Source: Squalus acanthias (lineage: Eukaryota). From it: DNA of 64,000 nt. This document shows positions 15,001 to 30,000 of the stretch, piece by piece. How positions within the stretch are numbered: position 1 is the stretch's first letter; every line of letters begins with the position of its first letter. The notes beneath the pieces were generated by a model. That model did no database searches and was not told the DNA's origin. It worked only from the letters and a program-made list of their open reading frames with translations. The stretch is taken from positions 57,290,001 through 57,354,000 of the forward strand of contig CM059438.1 in assembly GCA_030390025.1 (NCBI GenBank), read 5' to 3'. The position numbers and the translations under genes were made by a program.

Positions 15001-18000
15001 CAGAGACTGACACTCCACCCAGGGAACACAGTTACCAGAGACTGACACTCCACCCAGGGAACACAGTTACCAGAGACTGACACTCCACCAGGGAACACAG
15101 TTACCAGAGACTGACACTCCACCCAGGGAACACAGTTACCAGAGACTGACACTCCACCCAGGGAACACAGTTACCAGAGACTGACACTCCACCCAGGGAA
15201 CACAGTTACCAGAGACTGACACTCCACCCAGGGAACACAGTTACCAGAGACTGACACTCCACCCAGGGAACACAGTTACCAGAGACTGACACTCCACCCA
15301 GGGAACACAGTTACCAGAGACTGACACTCCACCCAGAGAACACAGTTACCAGAGACTGACACTCACCCAGGGAACACAGTTACCAGAGACTGACACTCCA
15401 CCCAGGGAACACAGTTACCAGAGACTGACACTCCACCCAGGGAACACAGTTACCAGAGACTGACACTCCACCAGGGAACACAGTTACCAGAGACTGACAC
15501 TCCACCAGGGAACACAGTTACCAGAGACTGACACTCCACCCAGGGAACACAGTTACCAGAGACTGACACTCCACCAGGGAACACAGTTACCACAGACTGA
15601 CACTCCACCAGGGAACACAGTTACCAGAGACTGACACTCCACCCAGGGAACACAGTTACCAGAGACTGACACTCCACCCAGGGAACACAGTTACCAGAGA
15701 CTGACACTCCACCCAGGGAACACAGTTACCAGAGACTGACACTCCACCCAGGGAACACAGTTACCAGAGACTGACACTCCACCCAGGGAACACAGTTACC
15801 AGAGACTGACACTCCACCAGGGAACACAGTTACCAGAGACTGACACTCCACCCAGGGAACACAGTTACCACAGACTGACACTCCACCCAGGGAACACAGT
15901 TACCAGAGACTGACACTCCACCCAGGGAACACAGTTACCAGAGACTGACACTCCACCCAGGGAACACAGTTACCAGAGACTGACACTCCACCAGGGAACA
16001 CAGTTACCAGAGACTGACACTCCACCCAGGGAACACAGTTACCAGAGACTGACACTCCACCAGGGAACACAGTTACCAGAGACTGACACTCCACCCAGGG
16101 AACACAGTTACCAGAGACTGACACTCCACCCAGGGAACACAGTTACCAGAGACTGACACTCCACCCAGGGAACACAGTTACCAGAGACTGACACTCCACC
16201 CAGGGAACACAGTTACCAGAGACTGACACTCCACCCAGGGAACACAGTTACCACAGACTGACACTCCACCCAGGAACACAGTTACCAGAGACTGACACTC
16301 CACCCAGGGAACACAGTTACCAGAGACTGACACTCCACCCAGGGAACACAGTTACCACAGACTGACACTCCACCAGGGAACACAGTTACCAGAGACTGAC
16401 ACTCCACCAGGGAACACAGTTACCAGAGACTGACACTCCACCCAGGGAACACAGTTACCAGAGACTGACACTCCACCAGGGAACACAGTTACCAGAGACT
16501 GACACTCCACCCAGGGAACACAGTTACCAGAGACTGACACTCCACCCAGGGAACACAGTTACCAGAGACTGACACTCCACCAGGGAACACAGTTACCAGA
16601 GACTGACACTCCACCCAGGGAACACAGTTACCAGAGACTGACACTCCACCAGGGAACACAGTTACCAGAGACTGACACTCCACCCAGGGAACACAGTTAC
16701 CAGAGACTGACACTCCACCCAGGGAACACAGTTACCAGAGACTGACACTCCACCCAGGGAACACAGTTACCAGAGACTGACACTCCACCCAGGGAACACA
16801 GTTACCAGAGACTGACACTCCACCCAGGGAACACAGTTACCAGAGACTGACACTCCACCCAGGGAACACAGTTACCAGAGACTGACACTCCACCCAGGGA
16901 ACACAGTTACCACAGACTGACACTCCACCCAGGGAACACAGTTACCAGAGACTGACACTCCACCCAGGGAACACAGTTACCAGAGACTGACACTCCACCC
17001 AGGGAACACAGTTACCAGAGACTGACACTCCACCCAGGGAACACAGTTACCAGAGACTGACACTCCACCCAGGGAACACAGTTACCAGAGACTGACACTC
17101 CACCCAGGGAACACAGTTACCAGAGACTGACACTCCACCCAGGGAACACAGTTACCAGAGACTGACACTCCACCCAGGGAACACAGTTACCAGAGACTGA
17201 CACTCCACCCAGGGAACACAGTTACCAGAGACTGACACTCCACCCAGGGAACACAGTTACCAGAGACTGACACTCCACCCAGGGAACACAGTTACCAGAG
17301 ACTGACACTCCACCCAGGGAACACAGTTACCAGAGACTGACACTCCACCCAGGGAACACAGTTACCAGAGACTGACACTCCACCCAGGGAACACAGTTAC
17401 CAAGACTGACACTCCACCCAGGGAACACAGTTACCAGAGACTGACACTCCACCCAGGGAACACAGTTACCAGAGACTGACACTCCACCAGGGAACACAGT
17501 TACCAGAGACTGACACTCCACCCAGGGAACACAGTTACCAGAGACTGACACTCCACCAGGGAACACAGTTACCAGAGACTGACACTCCACCCAGGGAACA
17601 CAGTTACCAGAGACTGACACTCCACCCAGGGAACACAGTTACCAGAGACTGACACTCCACCCAGGGAACACAGTTACCAGAGACTGACACTCCACCCAGG
17701 GAACACAGTTACCAGAGACTGACACTCCACCAGGGAACACAGTTACCAGAGACTGACACTCCACCCAGGGAACACAGTTACCAGAGACTGACACTCCACC
17801 AGGGAACACAGTTACCAGAGACTGACACTCCACCCAGGGAACACAGTTACCAGAGACTGACACTCCACCCAGGGAACACAGTTACCACAGACTGACACTC
17901 CACCCAGGGAACACAGTTACCAGAGACTGACACTCCACCCAGGGAACACAGTTACCAGAGACTGACACTCCACCCAGGGAACACAGTTACCAGAGACTGA

Positions 18001-21000
18001 CACTCCACCAGGGAACACAGTTACCAGAGACTGACACTCCACCCAGGGAACACAGTTACCAGAGACTGACACTCCACCCAGGGAACACAGTTACCAGAGA
18101 CTGACACTCCACCCAGGGAACACAGTTACCAGAGACTGACACTCCACCCAGGGAACACAGTTACCAGAGACTGACACTCCACCCAGGGAACACAGTTACC
18201 AGAGACTGACACTCACCCAGGGAACACAGTTACCAAGACTGACACTCCACCCAGGGAACACAGTTACCAGAGACTGACACTCCACCCAGGGAACACAGTT
18301 ACCAGAGACTGACACTCCACCCAGGGAACACAGTTACCAGAGACTGACACTCCACCCAGGGAACACAGTTACCAGAGACTGACACTCCACCCAGGGAACA
18401 CAGTTACCAGAGACTGACACTCCACCAGGGAACACAGTTACCAGAGACTGACACTCCACCAGGGAACACAGTTACCAGAGACTGACACTCCACCAGGGAA
18501 CACAGTTACCAGAGACTGACACTCCACCCAGGGAACACAGTTACCAGAGACTGACACTCCACCAGGGAACACAGTTACCAGAGACTGACACTCCACCCAG
18601 GGAACACAGTTACCAGAGACTGACACTCCACCCAGGGAACACAGTTACCAGAGACTGACACTCCACCCAGGGAACACAGTTACCAGAGACTGACACTCCA
18701 CCAGGGAACACAGTTACCAGAGACTGACACTCCACCAGGGAACACAGTTACCAGAGACTGACACTCCACCCAGGGAACACAGTTACCAGAGACTGACACT
18801 CCACCCAGGGAACACAGTTACCAGAGACTGACACTCCACCCAGGGAACACAGTTACCAGAGACTGACACTCCACCAGGGAACACAGTTACCAGAGACTGA
18901 CACTCCACCCAGGGAACACAGTTACCAGAGACTGACACTCCACCCAGGGAACACAGTTACCAGAGACTGACACTCCACCCAGGGAACACAGTTACCAGAG
19001 ACTGACACTCCACCAGGGAACACAGTTACCAGAGACTGACACTCCACCCAGGGAACACAGTTACCAGAGACTGACACTCCACCCAGGGAACACAGTTACC
19101 AGAGACTGACACTCCACCAGGGAACACAGTTACCAGAGACTGACACTCCACCCAGGGAACACAGTTACCAGAGACTGACACTCCACCCAGGGAACACAGT
19201 TACCACAGACTGACACTCCACCCAGGGAACACAGTTACCAGAGACTGACACTCCACCCAGGGAACACAGTTACCAGAGACTGACACTCCACCCAGGGAAC
19301 ACAGTTACCAGAGACTGACACTCCACCAGGGAACACAGTTACCAGAGACTGACACTCCACCCAGGGAACACAGTTACCAGAGACTGACACTCCACCCAGG
19401 GAACACAGTTACCAGAGACTGACACTCCACCCAGGGAACACAGTTACCAGAGACTGACACTCCACCCAGGAACACAGTTACCAGAGACTGACACTCCACC
19501 AGGGAACACAGTTACCAGAGACTGACACTCCACCCAGGGAACACAGTTACCAGAGACTGACACTCCACCCAGGGAACACAGTTACCACAGACTGACACTC
19601 CACCCAGGGAACACAGTTACCAGAGACTGACACTCCACCAGGGAACACAGTTACCAGAGACTGACACTCCACCCAGGAACACAGTTACCAGAGACTGACA
19701 CTCCACCAGGGAACACAGTTACCAGAGACTGACACTCCACCCAGGGAACACAGTTACCAGAGACTGACACTCCACCCAGGGAACACAGTTACCAGAGACT
19801 GACACTCCACCCAGGGAACACAGTTACCACAGACTGACACTCCACCCAGGGAACACAGTTACCAGAGACTGACACTCCACCCAGGGAACACAGTTACCAG
19901 AGACTGACACTCCACCCAGGGAACACAGTTACCAGAGACTGACACTCCACCCAGGGAACACAGTTACCAGAGACTGACACTCCACCCAGGGAACACAGTT
20001 ACCAGAGACTGACACTCCACCCAGGGAACACAGTTACCAGAGACTGACACTCCACCCAGGGAACACAGTTACCAGAGACTGACACTCCACCCAGGGAACA
20101 CAGTTACCAGAGACTGACACTCCACCCAGGGAACACAGTTACCAGAGACTGACACTCCACCCAGGGAACACAGTTACCAGAGACTGACACTCCACCCAGG
20201 GAACACAGTTACCAGAGACTGACACTCCACCAGGGAACACAGTTACCAGAGACTGACACTCCACCCAGGGAACACAGTTACCAGAGACTGACACTCCACC
20301 CAGGGAACACAGTTACCAGAGACTGACACTCCACCCAGGGAACACAGTTACCAGAGACTGACACTCCACCAGGGAACACAGTTACCAGAGACTGACACTC
20401 CACCAGGGAACACAGTTACCACAGACTGACACTCCACCCAGGGAACACAGTTACCAGAGACTGACACTCCACCCAGGGAACACAGTTACCAGAGACTGAC
20501 ACTCCACCCAGGGAACACAGTTACCAGAGACTGACACTCCACCCAGGGAACACAGTTACCAGAGACTGACACTCCACCCAGGGAACACAGTTACCAGAGA
20601 CTGACACTCCACCCAGGGAACACAGTTACCAGAGACTGACACTCCACCCAGGGAACACAGTTACCAGAGACTGACACTCCACCCAGGGAACCAGTTACCA
20701 GAGACTGACACTCCACCAGGGAACACAGTTACCAGAGACTGACACTCCACCAGGGAACACAGTTACCAGAGACTGACACTCCACCAGGGAACACAGTTAC
20801 CACAGACTGACACTCCACCCAGGGAACACAGTTACCAGAGACTGACACTCCACCCAGGGAACACAGTTACCAGAGACTGACACTCCACCAGGGAACACAG
20901 TTACCAGAGACTGACACTCCACCCAGGGAACACAGTTACCAGAGACTGACACTCCACCCAGGGAACACAGTTACCAGAGACTGACACTCCACCCAGGGAA

Positions 21001-24000
21001 CACAGTTACCAGAGACTGACACTCCACCAGGGAACACAGTTACCACAGACTGACACTCCACCCAGGGAACACAGTTACCAGAGACTGACACTCCACCAGG
21101 GAACACAGTTACCAGAGACTGACACTCCACCCAGGGAACACAGTTACCAGAGACTGACACTCCACCCAGGGAACACAGTTACCAGAGACTGACACTCCAC
21201 CCAGGGAACACAGTTACCAGAGACTGACACTCCACCAGGGAACACAGTTACCACAGACTGACACTCCACCCAGGGAACACAGTTACCAGAGACTGACACT
21301 CCACCCAGGGAACACAGTTACCAGAGACTGACACTCCACCCAGGGAACACAGTTACCAGAGACTGACACTCCACCCAGGGAACACAGTTACCAGAGACTG
21401 ACACTCCACCAGGGAACACAGTTACCACAGACTGACACTCCACCCAGGGAACACAGTTACCAGAGACTGACACTCCACCCAGGGAACACAGTTACCAGAG
21501 ACTGACACTCCACCCAGGGAACACAGTTACCAGAGACTGACACTCCACCCAGGGAACACAGTTACCAGAGACTGACACTCCACCCAGGGAACACAGTTAC
21601 CACAGACTGACACTCCACCCAGGGAACACAGTTACCAGAGACTGACACTCCACCAGGGAACACAGTTACCAGAGACTGACACTCCACCCAGGGAACACAG
21701 TTACCAGAGACTGACACTCCACCCAGGGAACACAGTTACCACAGACTGACACTCCACCCAGGGAACACAGTTACCAGAGACTGACACTCCACCCAGGGAA
21801 CACAGTTACCAGAGACTGACACTCCACCAGGGAACACAGTTACCAGAGACTGACACTCCACCCAGGGAACACAGTTACCAGAGACTGACACTCCACCAGG
21901 GAACACAGTTACCACAGACTGACACTCCACCCAGGGAACACAGTTACCAGAGACTGACACTCCACCCAGGGAACACAGTTACCAGAGACTGACACTCCAC
22001 CCAGGGAACACAGTTACCAGAGACTGACACTCCACCCAGGGAACACAGTTACCAGAGACTGACACTCCACCAGGGAACACAGTTACCAGAGACTGACACT
22101 CCACCCAGGGAACACAGTTACCAGAGACTGACACTCCACCCAGGGAACACAGTTACCAGAGACTGACACTCCACCCAGGGAACACAGTTACCAGAGACTG
22201 ACACTCCACCCAGGGAACACAGTTACCAGAGACTGACACTCCACCCAGGGAACACAGTTACCAGAGACTGACACTCCACCAGGGAACACAGTTACCAGAG
22301 ACTGACACTCCACCCAGGGAACACAGTTACCAGAGACTGACACTCCACCAGGGAACACAGTTACCAGAGACTGACACTCCACCCAGGGAACACAGTTACC
22401 AGAGACTGACACTCCACCCAGGGAACACAGTTACCAGAGACTGACACTCCACCCAGGGAACACAGTTACCAGAGACTGACACTCCACCCAGGGAACACAG
22501 TTACCAGAGACTGACACTCCACCCAGGGAACACAGTTACCAGAGACTGACACTCCACCCAGGGAACACAGTTACCAGAGACTGACACTCCACCAGGGAAC
22601 ACAGTTACCAGAGACTGACACTCCACCCAGGGAACACAGTTACCAGAGACTGACACTCCACCCAGGGAACACAGTTACCAGAGACTGACACTCCACCCAG
22701 GGAACACAGTTACCAGAGACTGACACTCCACCCAGGGAACACAGTTACCAGAGACTGACACTCCACCCAGGGAACACAGTTACCAGAGACTGACACTCCA
22801 CCCAGGGAACACAGTTACCAGAGACTGACACTCCACCCAGGGAACACAGTTACCAGAGACTGACACTCCACCCAGGGAACACAGTTACCAGAGACTGACA
22901 CTCCACCCAGGGAACACAGTTACCAGAGACTGACACTCCACCCAGGGAACACAGTTACCAGAGACTGACACTCCACCCAGGGAACACAGTTACCAGAGAC
23001 TGACACTCCACCAGGGAACACAGTTACCAGAGACTGACACTCCACCCAGGGAACACAGTTACCAGAGACTGACACTCCACCCAGGGAACACAGTTACCAG
23101 AGACTGACACTCCACCCAGGGAACACAGTTACCAGAGACTGACACTCCACCCAGGGAACACAGTTACCAGAGACTGACACTCCACCCAGGGAACACAGTT
23201 ACCAGAGACTGACACTCCACCCAGGGAACACAGTTACCAGAGACTGACACTCACCCAGGGAACACAGTTACCAGAGACTGACACTCCACCCAGGGAACAC
23301 AGTTACCAGAGACTGACACTCCACCCAGGGAACACAGTTACCAGAGACTGACACTCCACCCAGGGAACACAGTTACCAGAGACTGACACTCCACCAGGGA
23401 ACACAGTTACCAGAGACTGACACTCCACCCAGGGAACACAGTTACCAGAGACTGACACTCCACCCAGGGAACACAGTTACCAGAGACTGACACTCCACCC
23501 AGGGAACACAGTTACCAGAGACTGACACTCCACCAGGGAACACAGTTACCAGAGACTGACACTCACCCAGGGAACACAGTTACCACAGACTGACACTCCA
23601 CCAGGGAACACAGTTACCACAGACTGACACTCCACCCAGGGAACACAGTTACCACAGACTGACACTCACCAGGGAACACAGTTACCAGAGACTGACACTC
23701 CACCCAGGGAACACAGTTACCAGAGACTGACACTCCACCCAGGGAACACAGTTACCAGAGACTGACACTCCACCCAGGGAACACAGTTACCAGAGACTGA
23801 CACTCCACCAGGGAACACAGTTACCAGAGACTGACACTCCACCCAGGGAACACAGTTACCAGAGACTGACACTCCACCCAGGGAACACAGTTACCAGAGA
23901 CTGACACTCCACCCAGGGAACACAGTTACCACAGACTGACACTCCACCCAGGGAACACAGTTACCACAGACTGACACTCCACCCAGGGAACACAGTTACC

Positions 24001-27000
24001 AGAGACTGACACTCCACCCAGGGAACACAGTTACCACAGACTGACACTCCACCCAGGGAACACAGTTACCAGAGACTGACACTCCACCCAGGGAACACAG
24101 TTACCAGAGACTGACACTCCACCCAGGGAACACAGTTACCAGAGACTGACACTCCACCCAGGGAACACAGTTACCAGAGACTGACACTCCACCCAGGGAA
24201 CACAGTTACCAGAGACTGACACTCCACCAGGGAACACAGTTACCACAGACTGACACTCCACCCAGGGAACACAGTTACCAGAGACTGACACTCCACCCAG
24301 GGAACACAGTTACCACAGACTGACACTCCACCCAGGGAACACAGTTACCAGAGACTGACACTCCACCCAGGGAACACAGTTACCAGAGACTGACACTCCA
24401 CCCAGGGAACACAGTTACCAGAGACTGACACTCCACCCAGGGAACACAGTTACCACAGACTGACACTCCACCCAGGGAACACAGTTACCAGAGACTGACA
24501 CTCCACCCAGGGAACACAGTTACCAGAGACTGACACTCCACCCAGGGAACACAGTTACCAGAGACTGACACTCCACCCAGGGAACACAGTTACCAGAGAC
24601 TGACACTCCACCCAGGGAACACAGTTACCAGAGACTGACACTCCACCCAGGGAACACAGTTACCAGAGACTGACACTCCACCCAGGGAACACAGTTACCA
24701 GAGACTGACACTCCACCAGGGAACACAGTTACCAGAGACTGACACTCCACCCAGGGAACACAGTTACCAGAGACTGACACTCCACCCAGGGAACACAGTT
24801 ACCAGAGACTGACACTCCACCAGGGAACACAGTTACCACAGACTGACACTCCACCCAGGGAACACAGTTACCAGAGACTGACACTCCACCCAGGGAACAC
24901 AGTTACCACAGACTGACACTCCACCAGGGAACACAGTTACCAGAGACTGACACTCCACCCAGGGAACACAGTTACCAGAGACTGACACTCCACCCAGGGA
25001 ACACAGTTACCAGAGACTGACACTCCACCAGGGAACACAGTTACCAGAGACTGACACTCCACCCAGGGAACACAGTTACCAGAGACTGACACTCCACCCA
25101 GGGAACACAGTTACCAGAGACTGACACTCCACCAGGGAACACAGTTACCAGAGACTGACACTCCACCCAGGGAACACAGTTACCAGAGACTGACACTCCA
25201 CCCAGGGAACACAGTTACCAGAGACTGACACTCCACCCAGGGAACACAGTTACCAGAGACTGACACTCCACCAGGAACACAGTTACCAGAGACTGACACT
25301 CCACCCAGGGAACACAGTTACCAGAGACTGACACTCCACCCAGGGAACACAGTTACCAGAGACTGACACTCCACCCAGGGAACACAGTTACCAGAGACTG
25401 ACACTCCACCAGGGAACACAGTTACCAGAGACTGACACTCCACCAGGGAACACAGTTACCAGAGACTGACACTCCACCAGGGAACACAGTTACCAGAGAC
25501 TGACACTCCACCCAGGGAACACAGTTACCAGAGACTGACACTCCACCCAGGGAACAAAGTACCACAGACTGACACTCCACCCAGGGAACACAGTTACCAG
25601 AGACTGACACTCCACCAGGGAACACAGTTACCAGAGACTGACACTCCACCCAGGGAACACAGTTACCAGAGACTGACACTCCACCAGGGAACACAGTTAC
25701 CACAGACTGACACTCCACCCAGGGAACACAGTTACCAGAGACTGACACTCCACCCAGGGAACACAGTTACCAGAGACTGACACTCCACCAGGGAACACAG
25801 TTACCAGAGACTGACACTCCACCCAGGGAACACAGTTACCACAGACTGACACTCCACCCAGGAACACAGTTACCAGAGACTGACACTCCACCCAGGGAAC
25901 ACAGTTACCAGAGACTGACACTCCACCCAGGGAACACAGTTACCAGAGACTGACACTCCACCAGGGAACACAGTTACCACAGACTGACACTCCACCAGGG
26001 AACACAGTTACCAGAGACTGACACTCCACCCAGGGAACACAGTTACCAGAGACTGACACTCCACCCAGGGAACACAGTTACCAGAGACTGACACTCCACC
26101 CAGGGAACACAGTTACCAGAGACTGACACTCCACCCAGGGAACACAGTTACCAGAGACTGACACTCCACCCAGGGAACACAGTTACCAGAGACTGACACT
26201 CCACCCAGGGAACACAGTTACCAGAGACTGACACTCCACCCAGGAACACAGTTACCAGAGACTGACACTCCACCCAGGGAACACAGTTACCAGAGACTGA
26301 CACTCCACCCAGGGAACACAGTTACCAGAGACTGACACTCCACCCAGGGAACACAGTTACCAGAGACTGACACTCCACCCAGGGAACACAGTTACCAGAG
26401 ACTGACACTCCACCCAGGGAACACAGTTACCAGAGACTGACACTCCACCCAGGGAACACAGTTACCAGAGACTGACACTCCACCCAGGGAACACAGTTAC
26501 CACAGACTGACACTCCACCCAGGGAACACAGTTACCAGAGACTGACACTCCACCCAGGGAACACAGTTACCAGAGACTGACACTCCACCAGGGAACACAG
26601 TTACCAGAGACTGACACTCCACCCAGGGAACACAGTTACCAGAGACTGACACTCCACCCAGGGAACACAGTTACCAGAGACTGACACTCCACCCAGGGAA
26701 CACAGTTACCAGAGACTGACACTCCACCCAGGGAACACAGTTACCAGAGACTGACACTCCACCCAGGGAACACAGTTACCAGAGACTGACACTCCACCCA
26801 GGGAACACAGTTACCAGAGACTGACACTCCACCCAGGGAACACAGTTACCAGAGACTGACACTCCACCCAGGAAAGACAGTTACCAGAGACTGACACTCC
26901 ACCCAGGGAACACAGTTACCAGAGACTGACACTCCACCAGGGAACACAGTTACCAGAGACTGACACTCACCCAGGGAACACAGTTACCAGAGACTGACAC

Positions 27001-30000
27001 TCCACCAGGGAACACAGTTACCAGAGACTGACACTCCACCCAGGGAACACAGTTACCACAGACTGACACTCCACCAGGGAACACAGTTACCAGAGACTGA
27101 CACTCCACCCAGGGAACACAGTTACCAGAGACTGACACTCCACCCAGGGAACACAGTTACCACAGACTGACACTCCACCCAGGGAACACAGTTACCAGAG
27201 ACTGACACTCCACCCAGGGAACACAGTTACCAGAGACTGACACTCCACCCAGGGAACACAGTTACCAGAGACTGACACTCCACCCAGGGAACACAGTTAC
27301 CAGAGACTGACACTCCACCCAGGGAACACAGTTACCAGAGACTGACACTCCACCAGGGAACACAGTTACCACAGACTGACACTCCACCCAGGGAACACAG
27401 TTACCAGAGACTGACACTCCACCCAGGGAACACAGTTACCAGAGACTGACACTCCACCCAGGGAACAGTTACCAGAGAGTGACACTCCACCAGGGAACAC
27501 AGTTACCAGAGACTGACACTTCACCAGGGAACACAGTTACCACAGACTGACACTTCACCCAGGGAACACAGTTACCAGAGACTGACACTCCACTAGGGAA
27601 CATAGTTACCACAGACTGACACTCCACCCAGGGAACACAGTTACCACAGACTGACACTTCACCAGGGAACACAGTTACCAGAGACTGATACTCCACCCAG
27701 GGAACACAGTTACCACAGACTGACGCTCCACCCAGGGAACACAATTACCAGAGACTGACACTCCACCCAGGGAACACAGTTACCAGAGACTGACACTCCA
27801 CCCAGGGAACACAGTTAGCAGAGACTGACACTTCACCAGGGAACACAGTTACCACAGACTGACACTCCACCCAGGGAACATAGTTACCAGAGACTGACAC
27901 TCCACCCAGGGAACACAGTTACCAGAGACTGACACTCCACCCAGGGAACACAGTTCACAGACTGACACTCCACCAGGGAACACAGTTACCAGAGACTGAT
28001 ACTCCACCAGGGAACACAGTTACCACAGACTGACACTCCACCCAGGGAACACAGTTACCAGAGACTGACACTCCACCCAGGGAACACAGTTACCAGAGAC
28101 TGACACTCCACCAGGGAACACAGTTACCACAGACTCACACTCCACCCAGGGAACATCGTTACCAGAGACTGACACTCCAACCAGAGAACACAGTTACCAG
28201 AGACTGACACTCCACCCAGGGAACACAGTTACCAGAGACTGACACTCCACCCAGGGAACACAGTTACCAGAGACTGACACTCCACCCAGGGAACACAGTT
28301 ACCAGAGACTGATACTCCACCCAGGGAACAGAGTTACCAGAGACTGACACTCCACCCAGGGAACACAGTTACCACAGACTGACACTCCACCCAGGGAACA
28401 CAGTTACCAGAGACTGACACTCCACCCAGGCAACAGTTACGAGAGAGTGACACTCCACCAGGGAACACAGTTACCACAGACTGACACTCCACCAGGGAAC
28501 ACAGTTACCAGAGACTGACACTTCACCAGGGAACACAGTTACCACAGACTGACACTCCACCCAGGGAACACAGTTAGCAGAGACTGACACTCCACCGGGG
28601 AACATAGTTACCACAGACTCACACTTCACCCAGGGAACACAGTTACCAGAGACTGACACTCCACCCAGGGAACACAGTTCACAGACTGACACTCCACAAA
28701 GGGAACACAGTTGCCAGAGACTGATACTCCACCCAGGGAACACAGTTACCACAGACTGACACTCCACCCAGGGAACACAATTACCAGAGACTGACACTCC
28801 ACCCAGGGAACACAGTTACCAGAGACTGACATTCCACCGGGGAACCTAGTTACCACAGACTCACACTCCACCCAGGGAACATCGTTACCAGAGACTGACA
28901 CTCCAACCAGAGAACACAGTTACCAGAAACTGACACTCCACCCAGGGAACACAGTTACCAGAGAGTGACACTCCACCCAGGGAACACAGTTACCAGAGAC
29001 TGACACTCCACCCAGGCAACAGTTACGAGAGAGTGACACTCCACCAGGGAACACAGTTACCACAGACTGACACTCCACCAGGGAACACAGTTACCAGAGA
29101 CTGACACTTCACCAGGGAACACAGTTACCAGAGACTGACACTCCACCCAGGCAACAGTTACGAGAGAGTGACACTCCACCAGGGAACACAGTTACCACAG
29201 ACTGACACTCCACCAGGGAACACAGTTACCAGAGACTGACACTCCACCAGGGAACACAGTTACCACAGACTGACACTCCACCAGGGAACACAGTTACCAG
29301 AGACTGACACTTCACCAGGGAACACAGTTACCACAGACTGACACTCCACCCAGGGAACACAGTTAGCAGAGACTGACACTCCACCGGGGAACATAGTTAC
29401 CACAGACTCACACTTCACCCAGGGAACACAGTTACCAGAGACTGACACTCCACCCAGGGAACACAGTTACCACAGACTGACACTCCAACTAGAGAACACA
29501 GTTACCAGAAACTGACACTCCACCCAGGGAACAGTATTACCAGAGACTGACACTCCACACAGAGAACACAGTTACCAGAGACTGACACTCCACCCAGGAA
29601 AGACAGTTACCAGAGACTGACACTCCACACAGAGAACACAGATACCAGAGACTGACACTCCACCCAGGAAAGACAGTTACCAGAGACTGACACTCCACCC
29701 AGGAAAGACAGTTACCAGAGACTGACACTCCACCCAGGGAACACAGTTACCAGAGACTGAAACTCCACCCAGGGAACACAGTTACCACAGACTGACACTC
29801 CACCCAGAGAACACAGTTACTTGAGACTGACACTCCACCCAGGAAAGACAGTTATCAGAGACTGACACTCCACCCAGGAAAGACAGTTACCAGAGACTGA
29901 CACTTCACCCAGGGAACACAGTTACCACAGACTGACACTCCACTAGGGAACATAGTTACCACAGACTGACACTCCACCCAGGGAACACAGTTACCACAGA

